This document shows, in pieces, positions 47,594-58,636 of a stretch of 64,000 nt of DNA. Source of the DNA: Somniosus microcephalus (Eukaryota); NCBI GenBank assembly GCA_052327205.1, contig CM126221.1, forward strand, positions 47,864,001 through 47,928,000, in the 5' to 3' direction. Positions within the stretch are counted from its first letter, which is position 1. Every line of letters starts with the position of its first letter. The notes below the pieces were generated by a model. It was given only the letters and a program-made list of their open reading frames with translations. It ran no database searches and had not been told where the DNA came from. The position numbers and the translations under genes are program-made.

Positions 47594-50500
47594 TCAAATT
47601 AAAATGTGGTTATCCGGGATGATGATGCACTCCAGTCCCCGCGGCGCCCACCGGTCGCGGAAATACTCAAGCGCACCGGCGGACACTGCGTGCTCCATCT
47701 CCAGGGCCACCCGGGCGCGAACATGGCCGCGGAAGAGAGGCAGGCAATCCGGCTGGACGACCCCCTTGACCGCCCGCTGCCAGGACCAATTGATGGCTCT
47801 TTTAGCCAGGCCCAGGAGCAGGCCCACAAGGAGGTCCTCCAACCTATCCGCTCCCCTCCGCACCGGGTGACCGTAGATCAAGAGCGTGGGACTGAAGTGC
47901 AACCAAAAATCGAGGAGCAGCCCCTTCAAGTAATGAAAGAGGGGCTGCAACCTCTCACACTCTATCTAAATGTGAAACACGGACTCCTCCAGGCCGCAAA
48001 AAATGCAGGCTGCCTGGGAGTCCGTGAACCTACTTAAAACCTTATTGCACGGGACCGCTCCGTGCAACACCCTCCAGGCCAAGTCCCCGATGGAACAAGG
48101 GAGGACTCCCGCGTAGAGAGCCCTCCATTGGGGACCTCCGCCACCGCCGGTTGGCAAGATGCCACGCCAAGGCGTGTCCGGACGGAAGACGAAGATGGCA
48201 AAGTGGAGAGTGTGCAGGAGCAGCCCGTACAGGAAACCCCTCCGCGCGGAATGAAAAGGCACGGAGGGTATTTCCTCGAGACGGCTCAAGTTGTGAGGCG
48301 CCGGTTCCCGAGGGGAGTTTCGGGGCCGGGCGCCGATGAGGAATTCCGTCCGAACGGGGGTAAGCTCGGACGGGATCGCCCCACGTGCTTGAGCCGCCTC
48401 GATACACCTAGTGAAGTCGGGGCCCAGTGCCGCTTTTACCGATTCGATGGTTTCGACCGCGAGCCGGACGTTGGCCCAGGACAGGCGCCATCCAGCCCGC
48501 TCCTCCGCCATCGAGCAGGTCCCCGACTCTGGTCACCTTGCCAGCCACAGCCCTACCCTCCGCCAGCCGCCCGAACCCGTGATCGTGGAGGTGCGGATTC
48601 CTGAGCAGCGGCTCCCGAAGGAGAGCCGCCGCTCCTGACGGGGGAGAGCTCCGCCTGGAAGCGACGTAGTTCCAAACCCATAGTAGTTCCTGGTAGAAGA
48701 CAGGCAGCTCCCGCAGGCCGGCACGCCTGCTGCCCACTTTCGCAAACAGGAGCTGCGTGTCGTAATTGAGGCCATGCAGCTGGCGGAAGAAAAACGTCGC
48801 CAGCGCACACCATCTCGGAGGATTCTCGACGTACAGGTATCTCTGCAGCGTCTGAAGACGGAAAGTCGCAGCCTGGGTGCGAAGGCACACCAGCGCCTGA
48901 CCGCCCTCCCTAAGCGGGAGACACAGAACCGCGGCAGAGACCCAGTGCTTCCTTTTGTCCCAGAAGAAGTCGATGAGCTTCTTCTGAATCTTGGCGACAA
49001 ACGCAGGGGGAGGGATCAAAGTGACCAACCGGTACCACAACATGGCGGCCACCAGCTGGTTTATGACCAGCGCTCGACCCCTGTAGGACAACACTCGGAG
49101 CAGTCCTGTCCAGCGTCCTAGGCGAGCGGTGACTTTGGCCTCCAGCTCTTGCCAGTTCGCCGGCCAAGCGTCCTCGGCAGGGCTAAGGTAGACTCCCAAA
49201 TAGAGGAGGTGCGTGGTGCTCCAGGCGAAAGGCCTGAACTCCTCCGGCAGGGAGTCCACCCGCCACTGACCCACCAGGAGTCCGGAACATTTCTCCCAGT
49301 TGATCTTGGCGGAGGATGCGTCCGAGTAAATCTGCTGGCATTCCCGCATCCTCCGCAAGTCAGCGGGATCCGTGACCATGAGGAGCACGTCATCGGCGTA
49401 AGCCGAGAGGACCACCTCCACGCCCGGCCCTTGCAGAGCCAGTCCCGTCAACCTCTTCCGCAAGAGGCGCAGGAAAGGCTCCACGCAAATGGCATATAAC
49501 TGACCGGACATGGGGCATCCCTGACGCACCCCCCTCCCGAAGCGAAGGGGCGCCGTCAAGGACCCGTTAACTTTAATCAGACACTCCGCGGCGGCGTACA
49601 GAAGTCGGATCCGGGCGACGAAATGCGTCCCGAACCCAAATGCGCGCAGAGTCCCGAAGAGATACTCGTGATCCACCCTGTCGAACGCCTTCTCCTGATC
49701 CAGGGAAAGGAAGGCGACCGACAGACCAGCCCTCTGGGAGTGGTGGACCAGGTCCCGGACCAGATGGATGTTATCGTGGATGGTTCGGCCCGGGACCGTG
49801 TAGGACTGGTCGGGGTGGATCATGTGGGCCAGCACGGTGCCAAGGCGAGCAGACATGGCCCTGGCAAAGATTTTATAGTCCGTGCTGAGGAGGGAGACCG
49901 GGCACCAGTTCTTAAGGAGGCGGAGATCGCCCTTCTTAGGCAGCAGGACAATGACCGCCCTGCGCCAAGAGAGGGGCATCTCCCCGGTCGCCAAACTTTC
50001 CCCCAGGACCCGCGCGTAGTCGCCCCCCAAGACGTCCCAGAACGCCCTGTGGAACTCCACGGTCAGCCCGTCCAGCCCCGGGGACTTTCCCCTAGAGAGC
50101 TGGCGGAGGGCGCCGGTCAGCTCCGCCAGACTTAGCGGAGCGTCCAATTTTTCGGCACCCTCCGGGCCAACCTTCGTCAGGTCCTCCCACAAAACTCTGC
50201 GTGCATCCTCGCTGGACGGATCCGGAGAGAACAGAGCCCCGTAATAGGCGCGGGTCTCCGCGCTGATTCCCTCCGGATCCGAGACCAGAGATCCGTCGTC
50301 GGCCAGCAGCCCCAAGAGCTGCTTACGGACCCCCCGTCTTTTTTCCAGCGAGTAGAAGAAGGGGGAGCCGCGGTCCAGGTCCCGCAGGAGCTGGATCCGC
50401 GACCTCACGTACGCACCTCGGGACCCGACGAGCTGCAGGTCCTTCAGCGCGCCCTTCTTCTCTTCGTACACCTTCCGCAGGGCCGGGTCCTCGACGACCT

Positions 50501-51473
50501 GACCGAGACGGGACTCCAGGTCGAGCACCTCCTTCTCCAACCGCCCGACCCGGGCCTCCCGCCTCTTGGTCGACCCCTTCGCGTACTCCTGACAGAAGAG
50601 ACGGATGTGAGCCTTGCCCACATCCCACCATAGCCTCAAGGAGGGGAAGCCCCCCTGCTTCCTTCTCCAGTCGGCCCAGAATCGACGAAACGAATCCCGG
50701 AACCGTGCGTCCTCCAGCAGCAGGTTGTTAAAATGCCAGTACACGGACCCGCCCCGCGCGCGCAGCGGAGCGAGCTCCGCCCACACCAGGTGGTGGTCCG
50801 TGCACGGCACCGGCCGCATGGAAGCTGCCGGAACGCAGGAGACGAACGCCCGGGAAATGTAGAGGCGGTCGATTCTGGACCTTCCTCCCCCAGACCTCAC
50901 GCTAGTGAAGGCGCTGGAGTCGGGGTGGAGATTTCGCCAGACGTCCACCAAGTCGAAGGACCCAACCAGGTCCCTCAACTTCTCCATCGCCGCCGGGCTT
51001 CGCGGGGGACCCGAACGGTCCCTCGCCTCGAGGGTGCAGTTAAAATCCCCCCCGAGGATGACGCACTCGCCCACGTCGATGGAGCCCAAGAGAGCGGACA
51101 CTTCTTCGAAGAAGCGCACTTGCTGCGCACTGGTCTGAGGGGCGTACACGTTCACTAGATGGAGCGGCACGCCCCCCAGGCGAACAGTGACATGGAGCAA
51201 GCGGCCCGGCACGTGCTCCTTGACCCCCAAGATCTCCGGCTGAAAATGCGGGGCCAGCAAGATAGCCACCCCGCTGGAATTGTTGGAGAGGTGACTCATG
51301 CTGACCCCTCCTTGCCACTCCAGGAGCCACGTAGCTTCGTCTCCCGGAACGGTGTGGGTTTCTTGCAGGAAGCACACCGCATACTTCCCGTCCCGAAGGA
51401 CCGAGAAGTTATTGAATCTGCGGCGCGCCTCCCTGCTGCCGTTGATGTTGAGGCTGGCTATGATTATCTTCAT
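47594..51473 (-). pseudogene. Tx1 ORF2 (APE endonuclease, RT, CCHC), frameshifted near 48485
   Basis: Same protein as 54706-58605 up to GWMAP, then out of frame because of a 20-bp deletion; the C-terminal part is further split (ORFs 47966-48511 and 47594-47950). Confidence 0.9.
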
Positions 51474-51504
51474 GTCAGAAGCATAGTGCAACCTCTACCT
51501 ACAC

Positions 51505-53652
51505 CTAACGGGGCGAGGAAGCGCAGCTGCTGGTCCGCCGCCACTTCCTCAGCAGCCCAGTGAGAAACGTTGTGAGCCGACGCAGCTCGAGCGGGTTCAC
51601 ACCCTCGTCCGCGCCCAAGATCTTAACGGCGGCGCGGACGGAATCGATGAGCAGCGCCAGCTCCGACCACCTGTCGAGGGCCAGCCGGACCTTATTGCGC
51701 TGACCCAGGCACGTGGCCATAAAATCCCGGAGTTCCCTTACGGAAATGAGGGGAGACTCGGCAAGGGGCACGAGGTCATCCATCGCCACGTCGGCGCTGG
51801 AGTCCGAATCGTCCTCCGTGCCCATCACCGAGTCCCCATCCTCCTCCAGGGGGTCGTCACCAGCGGCCGACCCGTCCGCCGCGCAGTGTGAAGTGAACGA
51901 CTCGGCTGCGCCAGCCAGCCCCGCCTCCGCCCGGATCCCACCCCCAGGATCGGCGGCAGAGGATTTCTCCCTGGGCTCCTCTAGGGGTGCCGGGCCAGAA
52001 GGCGGCGGCGGTTCAGAGCTCCCCTCCGCCTCAGACGCCGGAACGACCGGGGAGAGAACAATTTCCAGCTCCTCCAGTACGTCCGGCACCAGAGACGCAG
52101 CCAGGGGGCCATCCTCCTCCCCGCCACCAACCTCCGACCCAGCGGACGGGGGGTTTTGAATTAAAAGCTCTACCAGGACGAGCATCCCCTGGGAGACGTC
52201 CGGGTCGCATTGGGCGAGCTCATTATCCTCGAGCTCGCCCGACCCAGCCCCCAGGCTGCCCGACCCGGCGAGGGGTAACGACACCGATAAAAGGTCAACT
52301 TCAATTACTGCCGCGGGTTGTTCCGCAACCCCCCCCACGGGCAGGGTCTCATCCCCATCCCCGGGAGGCACGTGCTGGACAGACACATCTGCCTCAGCCT
52401 CCCGAGGGACAGGCGACCCCTGCCGATCGCTGGTGATGACGACAGCGCTGGGGGGGCGGGGGGGCGCAGTACCCGCGGCGGGCGACGACTCCCCCTGCTC
52501 GGAGGGACCTTCCTCCTCCCGGTCCTCCTCCTCATCCAGGGGGTCGCGCCTTCTTTTTAGCACGGAGGGAGCGAGGGAGACCTCCATGTCTGCAAAGGCC
52601 TCCTCCTCGACTCCCTCCGGCGGAGCAGGTTTGTCGGGTTCCTCGGGCCCGAGCCCGGCCGCAGGTATTGGCATTACCGCTGCGGCGGTTGCGGCCACAG
52701 GCTCGGGCACAGGGCCCCTCCCGCTCGCATCTGCCCTGATCAACTCCGCGAGGAGCGCGGGTGTAAGGGGCTCAAGGGGCAAGGGCTCACCATCCACGGG
52801 GGGGCCTGCCCCAAGGTGCTTCTTTTTTCCCCGCGCCTTCTTTCCGGCCGGACACGCTCCCTCCCCCCCGCCGGAGGCCTTGGTGGCATCGGCCCCCGAC
52901 GTCAACCGCGCATCAGACGTACTTGACGCGCGGGCAGATCCGGGGGGAAGGGCGGCGGCGGCGGCGCCAGCCTCGGCCGCACGAGATGATCCGGCGGCCT
53001 TGGAGGCAGGGCAGTTCCTCCTGATGTGCCCCACCTCCCTGCAGGCATGGCACCTCACACCGTCCGACGTCCAAAAGGCGCGGTAGGCGGTCCCCTCGTG
53101 GAGGACGACGAACGCCCCTTCAGTGTCCTCCTCCCGCGCCAGCTGGATAAACAGCTGGTGCCGGAAGGAGAAGACGTGGCGAAGGCTGGCCTCCCGGAAG
53201 CCGAGCGGGATGGGCGTGATCCCCGACCTCACCTCCCCAAGTTGTCGCAAATGGGGAAGGAGGAGCTCACCAGGAACATAGGGCGGGACGTTGGAAATAA
53301 TGATCCTCTGCGCGGTGGCCTCGAGAGGATCCACCGGCAGGAAGGTCCCGCCCACGGTGAGCCCCTTGGCGACAGCCAGGGACACCGCCCGCTCCGACCC
53401 CAGGAAGAACACAGCCTTCCCATACATTTTCGAGGCCGCGACGATGGCTGAGGGGCCGACAACCCCAGCCATGGCCTTGACGCAGGCCTCGATGGTCATA
53501 GTGGGGTGAGTGTAGCTCTTCACCCCAAGCTTTTTTGTTATTAATCGAAAAGGTGACGGGGCAGCAGGAACAGCGGGAGCAGCTGTGGCTGTGGCTACCA
53601 CTCTCGCATAGGTCCCGGCTGGCCCCGCCACCGGCGAAGATGCAGTCGCCAT
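51505..53652 (-). CDS. Tx1 ORF1 protein (RRM-like N-terminus, CCHC zinc knuckle, acidic/Pro-rich region), 715 aa
   Basis: ASKMYGKAVFFL and IISNVPPYV motifs; knuckle CHACREVGHIRRNC (CX2CX4HX4C). Confidence 0.9.
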   Translation of the reverse strand: MATASSPVAGPAGTYARVVATATAAPAVPAAPSPFRLITKKLGVKSYTHPTMTIEACVKAMAGVVGPSAIVAASKMYGKAVFFLGSERAVSLAVAKGLTVGGTFLPVDPLEATAQRIIISNVPPYVPGELLLPHLRQLGEVRSGITPIPLGFREASLRHVFSFRHQLFIQLAREEDTEGAFVVLHEGTAYRAFWTSDGVRCHACREVGHIRRNCPASKAAGSSRAAEAGAAAAALPPGSARASSTSDARLTSGADATKASGGGEGACPAGKKARGKKKHLGAGPPVDGEPLPLEPLTPALLAELIRADASGRGPVPEPVAATAAAVMPIPAAGLGPEEPDKPAPPEGVEEEAFADMEVSLAPSVLKRRRDPLDEEEDREEEGPSEQGESSPAAGTAPPRPPSAVVITSDRQGSPVPREAEADVSVQHVPPGDGDETLPVGGVAEQPAAVIEVDLLSVSLPLAGSGSLGAGSGELEDNELAQCDPDVSQGMLVLVELLIQNPPSAGSEVGGGEEDGPLAASLVPDVLEELEIVLSPVVPASEAEGSSEPPPPSGPAPLEEPREKSSAADPGGGIRAEAGLAGAAESFTSHCAADGSAAGDDPLEEDGDSVMGTEDDSDSSADVAMDDLVPLAESPLISVRELRDFMATCLGQRNKVRLALDRWSELALLIDSVRAAVKILGADEGVNPLELRRLTTFLTGLLRKWRRTSSCASSPR

Positions 53653-54705
53653 TCTGGGGTGCTTTTTTTAAGGGCTACACTCACCCCAAGTCACAGGCCT
53701 GAAGGTGTTAATGGCCTCGGTGTATATATATTTTTTTGTCCTCTATTGAGCAGAGGGAGCTGATTAAAATGAGGACACACCTCTCTCCTTATTGATTTAA
53801 ATTGGGAGAGGAGCCCTCGCCCTTCTGCTCAATTGGCAATTAATAAAATAGATGAAACTAAGGTGCCTTAGAAAGACAGGCAGAGAGAGACAAAGAGAGA
53901 GAGAGAGAGGTGGGGGGGTGGGAAGGAGGGAGGCCGCAAAGGGCAGTGTTGCCACTCAGGATGGTGGGTGGGTGTAGGCAGGGTTGCACTCTCTGATGGA
54001 AAAAGTCTTTGGTGATGGTGGTCTTCTGGCAGGGGGAGAAGACGTCTTCACCTGGAAAAGCTGGAGAAGCCCAGGCTTAGTCCTGCAACAGGTCTTAACG
54101 ATGTAATTAAATTAAATTAAGGACTTCACCTTGGGCAGCTCCAAGCTCTCCCAGGGCAGGCAATAGAAGGGATGCTAATTAGTGGTGTGTGTGGCCTAGC
54201 TTTTAACAAGAGCACACACACTACACCCCTTGATGATCCGGCCTTGCTTCTTCTTTTCTCCCCCCACCTAAAATACAAAGTCTTGGGAGAGTGCCCCAAA
54301 TAACACCCACCTGTAGATGTTCCAGATGAAGTTTTCTTCCCTCCTTTCAAGCAGTTGGTTTCTCTCCCCTCTCTCCCTCTCCTGAAGTGGAGGCCAAATT
54401 GGGGAGGCAGTGACAGAAAGGCCTCTCCCCTGGTTGATGTTGATGTAGGCCTCCTTTCTCCTTCTCCTCCTCTGTCCTCTCTCTCCAGACACCTCAGTTG
54501 ATGTAATGATGGTGGAGTTGGTGGTGGTGGTCCAACGTTCTCCTCCTCTTCCTGGTCAGGGGACCACCACTTTAATTCACTCTCCAAAGTCTGGCTGCTC
54601 CCTCTGCTCGTGCTTGCAGCTGAACAGAGGGTACTCTTTTATTTGGACCCAAAAAAAACCCAATTCGACTGTAAATAAACAAAAGTTCAACTAAAGCTTA
54701 ACAAA

Positions 54706-57700
54706 TCAAATTAAAATTTGGTTTTCCGTGTTGATGATGCACTCCAGTTCCCGCGGCGCCCACCGGTCGCGGAAATACTCAAGCGCACCGGCGGACACCG
54801 CGTGCTCCATCTCCAGGGCCACCCGGGCGCGAACATGGCCGCGGAAGAGATGCAGGCAATCCGGCTGGACGACCCCCTCGACCGCCCACTGCCTGGACCA
54901 ATTGATGGCTCTTTTAGCCAGGCCCAGGAGCAGGCCCACAAGGAGGTCCTCCAACCTGTCCGCTCCCCTCCGCACCGGGTGACCGTAGATCAAGAGCGTG
55001 GGACTGAAGTGCAACCAAAAATCGAGGAGCAGCCCCTTCAAGTAGTGAAAGAGGGGCTGCAACCTCTCACAATCCATATAAACGTGAAACACGGACTCCT
55101 CCAGGCCGCAAAAAATGCAGGCGGCCTGGGAGTCCGTGAACCTACTTAAAACCTTATTGCACGGGACCGCTCCGTGCAACACCCTCCAGGCCAAGTCCCC
55201 GATGGAACAAGGGAGGACTCCCGCATAGAGAGCCCTCCATTGGGGACCTCCGCTACCGCCGGTCGGCAAAACGCCACGCCAAGGCGTGTCCGGACGGTAG
55301 ACGAAGATGGCAAAGTGGAGAGTGTGCAGGAGCAGCCCGTACAGGAAACCCCTCCGCGCGGAATGAAAAGGCACGGAGGGTATTTCCTCGAGACGGCTCA
55401 AGTTGTGAGGCGCCGGTTCCCGAGGGGAGTTTCGGGGCCGGGCGCCGATGAGGAATTCCGTCCGAACGGGGGTAAGCTCGGACGGGATCGCCCCACGTGC
55501 TTGAGCCGCCTCGATACACCTAGTGGAGTCGGGGCCCAGTGCCGCTTTTACCGATTCGATGGTTTCGACCGCGAGCTGGACGTTGGCCCAGGACAGGCGC
55601 CGCGCCAGCTCCTCTGGCGCCATCCAGCCCGCTCCTCCGCCATCGAGCAGGTCCCCGACTCTGGTCACCTTGCCAGCCACAGCCCTACCCTCCGCCAGCC
55701 GCCCGAACCCGTGTTCGTGGAGGTGCGGATTCCTGAGCAGCGGCTCCCGAAGGAGAGCCGCCGCTCCTGACGGGGGAGAGCTCCGCCTGGAAGCGACGTA
55801 GTTCCAAACCCATAGTAGTTCCTGGTAGAAGACAGGCAGCTCCCGCAGGCCGGCACGCCTGCTGCCCACTTTCGCAAACAGGAGCTGCGTGTCGTAATTG
55901 AGGCCATGCAGCTGGCGGAAGAAAAACGTCGCCAGCGCACACCATCTCGGAGGATTCTCGACGTACAGGTATCTCTGCAGCGTCTGAAGACGGAAAGTCG
56001 CAGCCTGGGTGCGAAGGCACACCAGCGCCTGACCGCCCTCCCTAAGCGGGAGACACAGAACCGCGGCAGAGACCCAGTGCTTCCTTTTGTCCCAGAAGAA
56101 GTCGATGAGCTTCTTCTGAATCTTGGCGACAAACGCAGGGGGAGGGATCAAAGTGACCAACCGGTACCACAACATGGCGGCCACCAGCTGGTTTATGACT
56201 AGCGCTCGACCCCTGTAGGACAACACTCGGAGCAGTCCTGTCCAGCGTCCTAGGCGAGCGGTGACTTTGGCCTCCAGCTCTTGCCAGTTCGCCGGCCAAG
56301 CGTCCTCGGCAGGGCTAAGGTAGACTCCCAAATAGAGGAGGTGCGTGGTGCTCCAGGCGAAAGGCCTGAACTCCTCCGGCAGGGAGTCCACCCGCCACTG
56401 ACCCACCAGGAGTCCGGAACATTTCTCCCAGTTGATCTTGGCGGAGGATGCGTCCGAGTAAATCTGCTGGCATTCCCGCATCCTCCGCAAGTCAGCGGGA
56501 TCCGTGACCGTGAGGAGCACGTCATCGGCGTAAGCCGAGAGGACCACCTCCACGCCCGGCCCTTGCAGAGCCAGTCCCGTCAACCTCTTCCGCAAGAGGC
56601 GCAGGAAAGGCTCCACGCAAATGGCATATAACTGACCGGACATGGGGCATCCCTGACGCACCCCCCTCCCGAAGCGAAGGGGCGCCGTCAAGGACCCGTT
56701 AACTTTAATCAGACACTCCGCGGCGGCGTACAGAAGTCGGATCCGGGCGACGAAATGCGTCCCGAACCCGAATGCGCGCAGAGTCCCGAAGAGATACTCG
56801 TGATCCACCCTGTCGAACGCCTTCTCCTGATCCAGGGAAAGGAAGGCGACCGACAGACCAGCCCTCTGGGAGTGGTGGACCAGGTCCCGGACCAGATGGA
56901 TGTTATCGTGGATGGTCCGGCCCGGGACCGTGTAGGACTGGTCGGGGTGGATCATGTGGGCCAGCACGGTGCCAAGGCGAGCAGACATGGCCCTGGCAAA
57001 GATTTTATAGTCCGTGCTGAGGAGGGAGACCGGGCGCCAGTTCTTAAGGAGGCGGAGATCGCCCTTCTTAGGCAGCAGGACAATGACCGCCCTGCGCCAA
57101 GAGAGGGGCATCTCCCCGGTCGCCAAACTTTCCCCCAGGACCCGCGCGTAGTCGCCCCCCAAGACGTCCCAGAACGCCCTGTGGAACTCCACGGTCAGCC
57201 CGTCCAGCCCCGGGGACTTTCCCCTAGAGAGCTGGCGGAGGGCGCCGGTCAGCTCCGCCAGACTTAGCGGAGCGTCCAATTTTTTGGCGCCCTCCGGGCC
57301 AACCTTCGTCAGGTCCTCCCACAAAACTCTGCGCGCATCCTCGCTGGACGGATCCGGAGAGAACAGAGCCCCGTAATAGGCGCGGGTCTCCGCGTTGATT
57401 CCCTCCGGATCCGAGACCAGAGATCCGTCGTCGGCCAGCAGCCCCAAGAGCTGCTTACGGACCCCCCGTCTTTTTTCCAGCGAGTAGAAGAAGGGGGAGC
57501 CGCGGTCCAGGTCCCGCAGGAGCTGGATCCGCGACCTCACGTACGCGCCTCGGGACCCGACGAGCTGCAGGTCCTTCAGCGCGCCCTTCTTCTCTTCGTA
57601 CACCTTCCGCAGGGCCGGGTCCTCGACGACCTGACCGAGACGGGACTCCAGGTCGAGCACCTCCTTCTCCAACCGCCCGACCCGGGCCTCCCGCCTCTTG

Positions 57701-58605
57701 GTCGACCCCTTCGCGTACTCCTGACAGAAGAGACGGATGTGAGCCTTGCCCACATCCCACCATAGCCTCAAGGAGGGGAAGCCCCCCTGCTTCCTTCTCC
57801 AGTCGGCCCAGAATCGACGAAACGAATCCCGGAACCGTGCGTCCTCCAGCAGCAGGTTGTTAAAATGCCAGTACACGGACCCCCCCCGCGTGCGCAGCGG
57901 AGCGAGCTCCGCCCACACCAGGTGGTGGTCCGTGCACGGCACCGGCCGCATGGAAGCTGCCGGAACGCAGGAGACGAACGCCCGGGAAATGTAGAGGCGG
58001 TCGATTCTGGACCTTCCTCCCCCAGACCTCACGCTAGTGAAGGCGCTGGAGTCGGGGTGGAGATTTCGCCAGACGTCCACCAAGTCGAAGGACCCAACCA
58101 GGTCCCTCAACTTCTCCATCGCCGCCGGGCTTCGCGGGGGACCCGAACGGTCCCTCGCCTCGAGGGTGCAGTTAAAATCCCCCCCGAGGATGACGCACTC
58201 GCCCACGTCGATGGAGCCCAAGAGAGCGGACACTTCTTCGAAGAAGCGCACTTGCTGCGCACTGGTCTGAGGGGCGTACACGTTCACTAGATGGAGCGGC
58301 ACGCCCCCCAGGCGAACAGTGACATGGAGCAAGCGGCCCGGCACGTGCTCCTTGACCCCCAAGATCTCCGGCTGAAAATGCGGGGCCAGCAAGATAGCCA
58401 CCCCGCTGGAATTGTTGGAGAGGTGACTCATGCTGACCCCTCCTTGCCACTCCAGGAGCCACGTGGCTTCGTCTCCCGGAACGGTGTGGGTTTCTTGCAG
58501 GAAGCACACCGCATACTTCCCGTCCCGAAGGACCGAGAAGTTATTGAATCTGCGGCGCGCCTCCCTGCTGCCGTTGATGTTGAGGCTGGCTATGGTTATC
58601 TTCAT
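54706..58605 (-). CDS. Tx1 ORF2 protein, intact (~1300 aa; likely ATG start MKITIASLNING at 58605)
   Basis: APE motifs SLNING, FLQETH, GGDFN, SRIDR and TDH; RT motifs KSPGLDG, LDQEKAFDRV, GVRQGCP, YADD and YLGV; C-terminal CIFCGLEESVFHVYMDC. Confidence 0.95.
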   Translation of the reverse strand: MKITIASLNINGSREARRRFNNFSVLRDGKYAVCFLQETHTVPGDEATWLLEWQGGVSMSHLSNNSSGVAILLAPHFQPEILGVKEHVPGRLLHVTVRLGGVPLHLVNVYAPQTSAQQVRFFEEVSALLGSIDVGECVILGGDFNCTLEARDRSGPPRSPAAMEKLRDLVGSFDLVDVWRNLHPDSSAFTSVRSGGGRSRIDRLYISRAFVSCVPAASMRPVPCTDHHLVWAELAPLRTRGGSVYWHFNNLLLEDARFRDSFRRFWADWRRKQGGFPSLRLWWDVGKAHIRLFCQEYAKGSTKRREARVGRLEKEVLDLESRLGQVVEDPALRKVYEEKKGALKDLQLVGSRGAYVRSRIQLLRDLDRGSPFFYSLEKRRGVRKQLLGLLADDGSLVSDPEGINAETRAYYGALFSPDPSSEDARRVLWEDLTKVGPEGAKKLDAPLSLAELTGALRQLSRGKSPGLDGLTVEFHRAFWDVLGGDYARVLGESLATGEMPLSWRRAVIVLLPKKGDLRLLKNWRPVSLLSTDYKIFARAMSARLGTVLAHMIHPDQSYTVPGRTIHDNIHLVRDLVHHSQRAGLSVAFLSLDQEKAFDRVDHEYLFGTLRAFGFGTHFVARIRLLYAAAECLIKVNGSLTAPLRFGRGVRQGCPMSGQLYAICVEPFLRLLRKRLTGLALQGPGVEVVLSAYADDVLLTVTDPADLRRMRECQQIYSDASSAKINWEKCSGLLVGQWRVDSLPEEFRPFAWSTTHLLYLGVYLSPAEDAWPANWQELEAKVTARLGRWTGLLRVLSYRGRALVINQLVAAMLWYRLVTLIPPPAFVAKIQKKLIDFFWDKRKHWVSAAVLCLPLREGGQALVCLRTQAATFRLQTLQRYLYVENPPRWCALATFFFRQLHGLNYDTQLLFAKVGSRRAGLRELPVFYQELLWVWNYVASRRSSPPSGAAALLREPLLRNPHLHEHGFGRLAEGRAVAGKVTRVGDLLDGGGAGWMAPEELARRLSWANVQLAVETIESVKAALGPDSTRCIEAAQARGAIPSELTPVRTEFLIGARPRNSPREPAPHNLSRLEEIPSVPFHSARRGFLYGLLLHTLHFAIFVYRPDTPWRGVLPTGGSGGPQWRALYAGVLPCSIGDLAWRVLHGAVPCNKVLSRFTDSQAACIFCGLEESVFHVYMDCERLQPLFHYLKGLLLDFWLHFSPTLLIYGHPVRRGADRLEDLLVGLLLGLAKRAINWSRQWAVEGVVQPDCLHLFRGHVRARVALEMEHAVSAGALEYFRDRWAPRELECIINTENQILI

Positions 58606-58636
58606 GTCAGAAGCATAGTGCAACCTCTACCTACAC

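Larger units (their letters stand above)
47531..54619 (-). mobile_element. Tx1-clade non-LTR retrotransposon, unit 1 (full length, ORF2 frameshifted)
   Basis: ~1-kb 5' UTR, ORF1, ORF2 and a short 3' UTR; near-identical to units 2 and 3. Confidence 0.93.

Noticed and set aside
54126-54587. 153-aa upstream ORF in the Tx1 5' UTR (151 aa in unit 2)
   Set aside because: It has a non-ATG start, low-complexity composition and no domain. Its persistence in two near-identical copies is weak evidence, although the indel between them is in frame.
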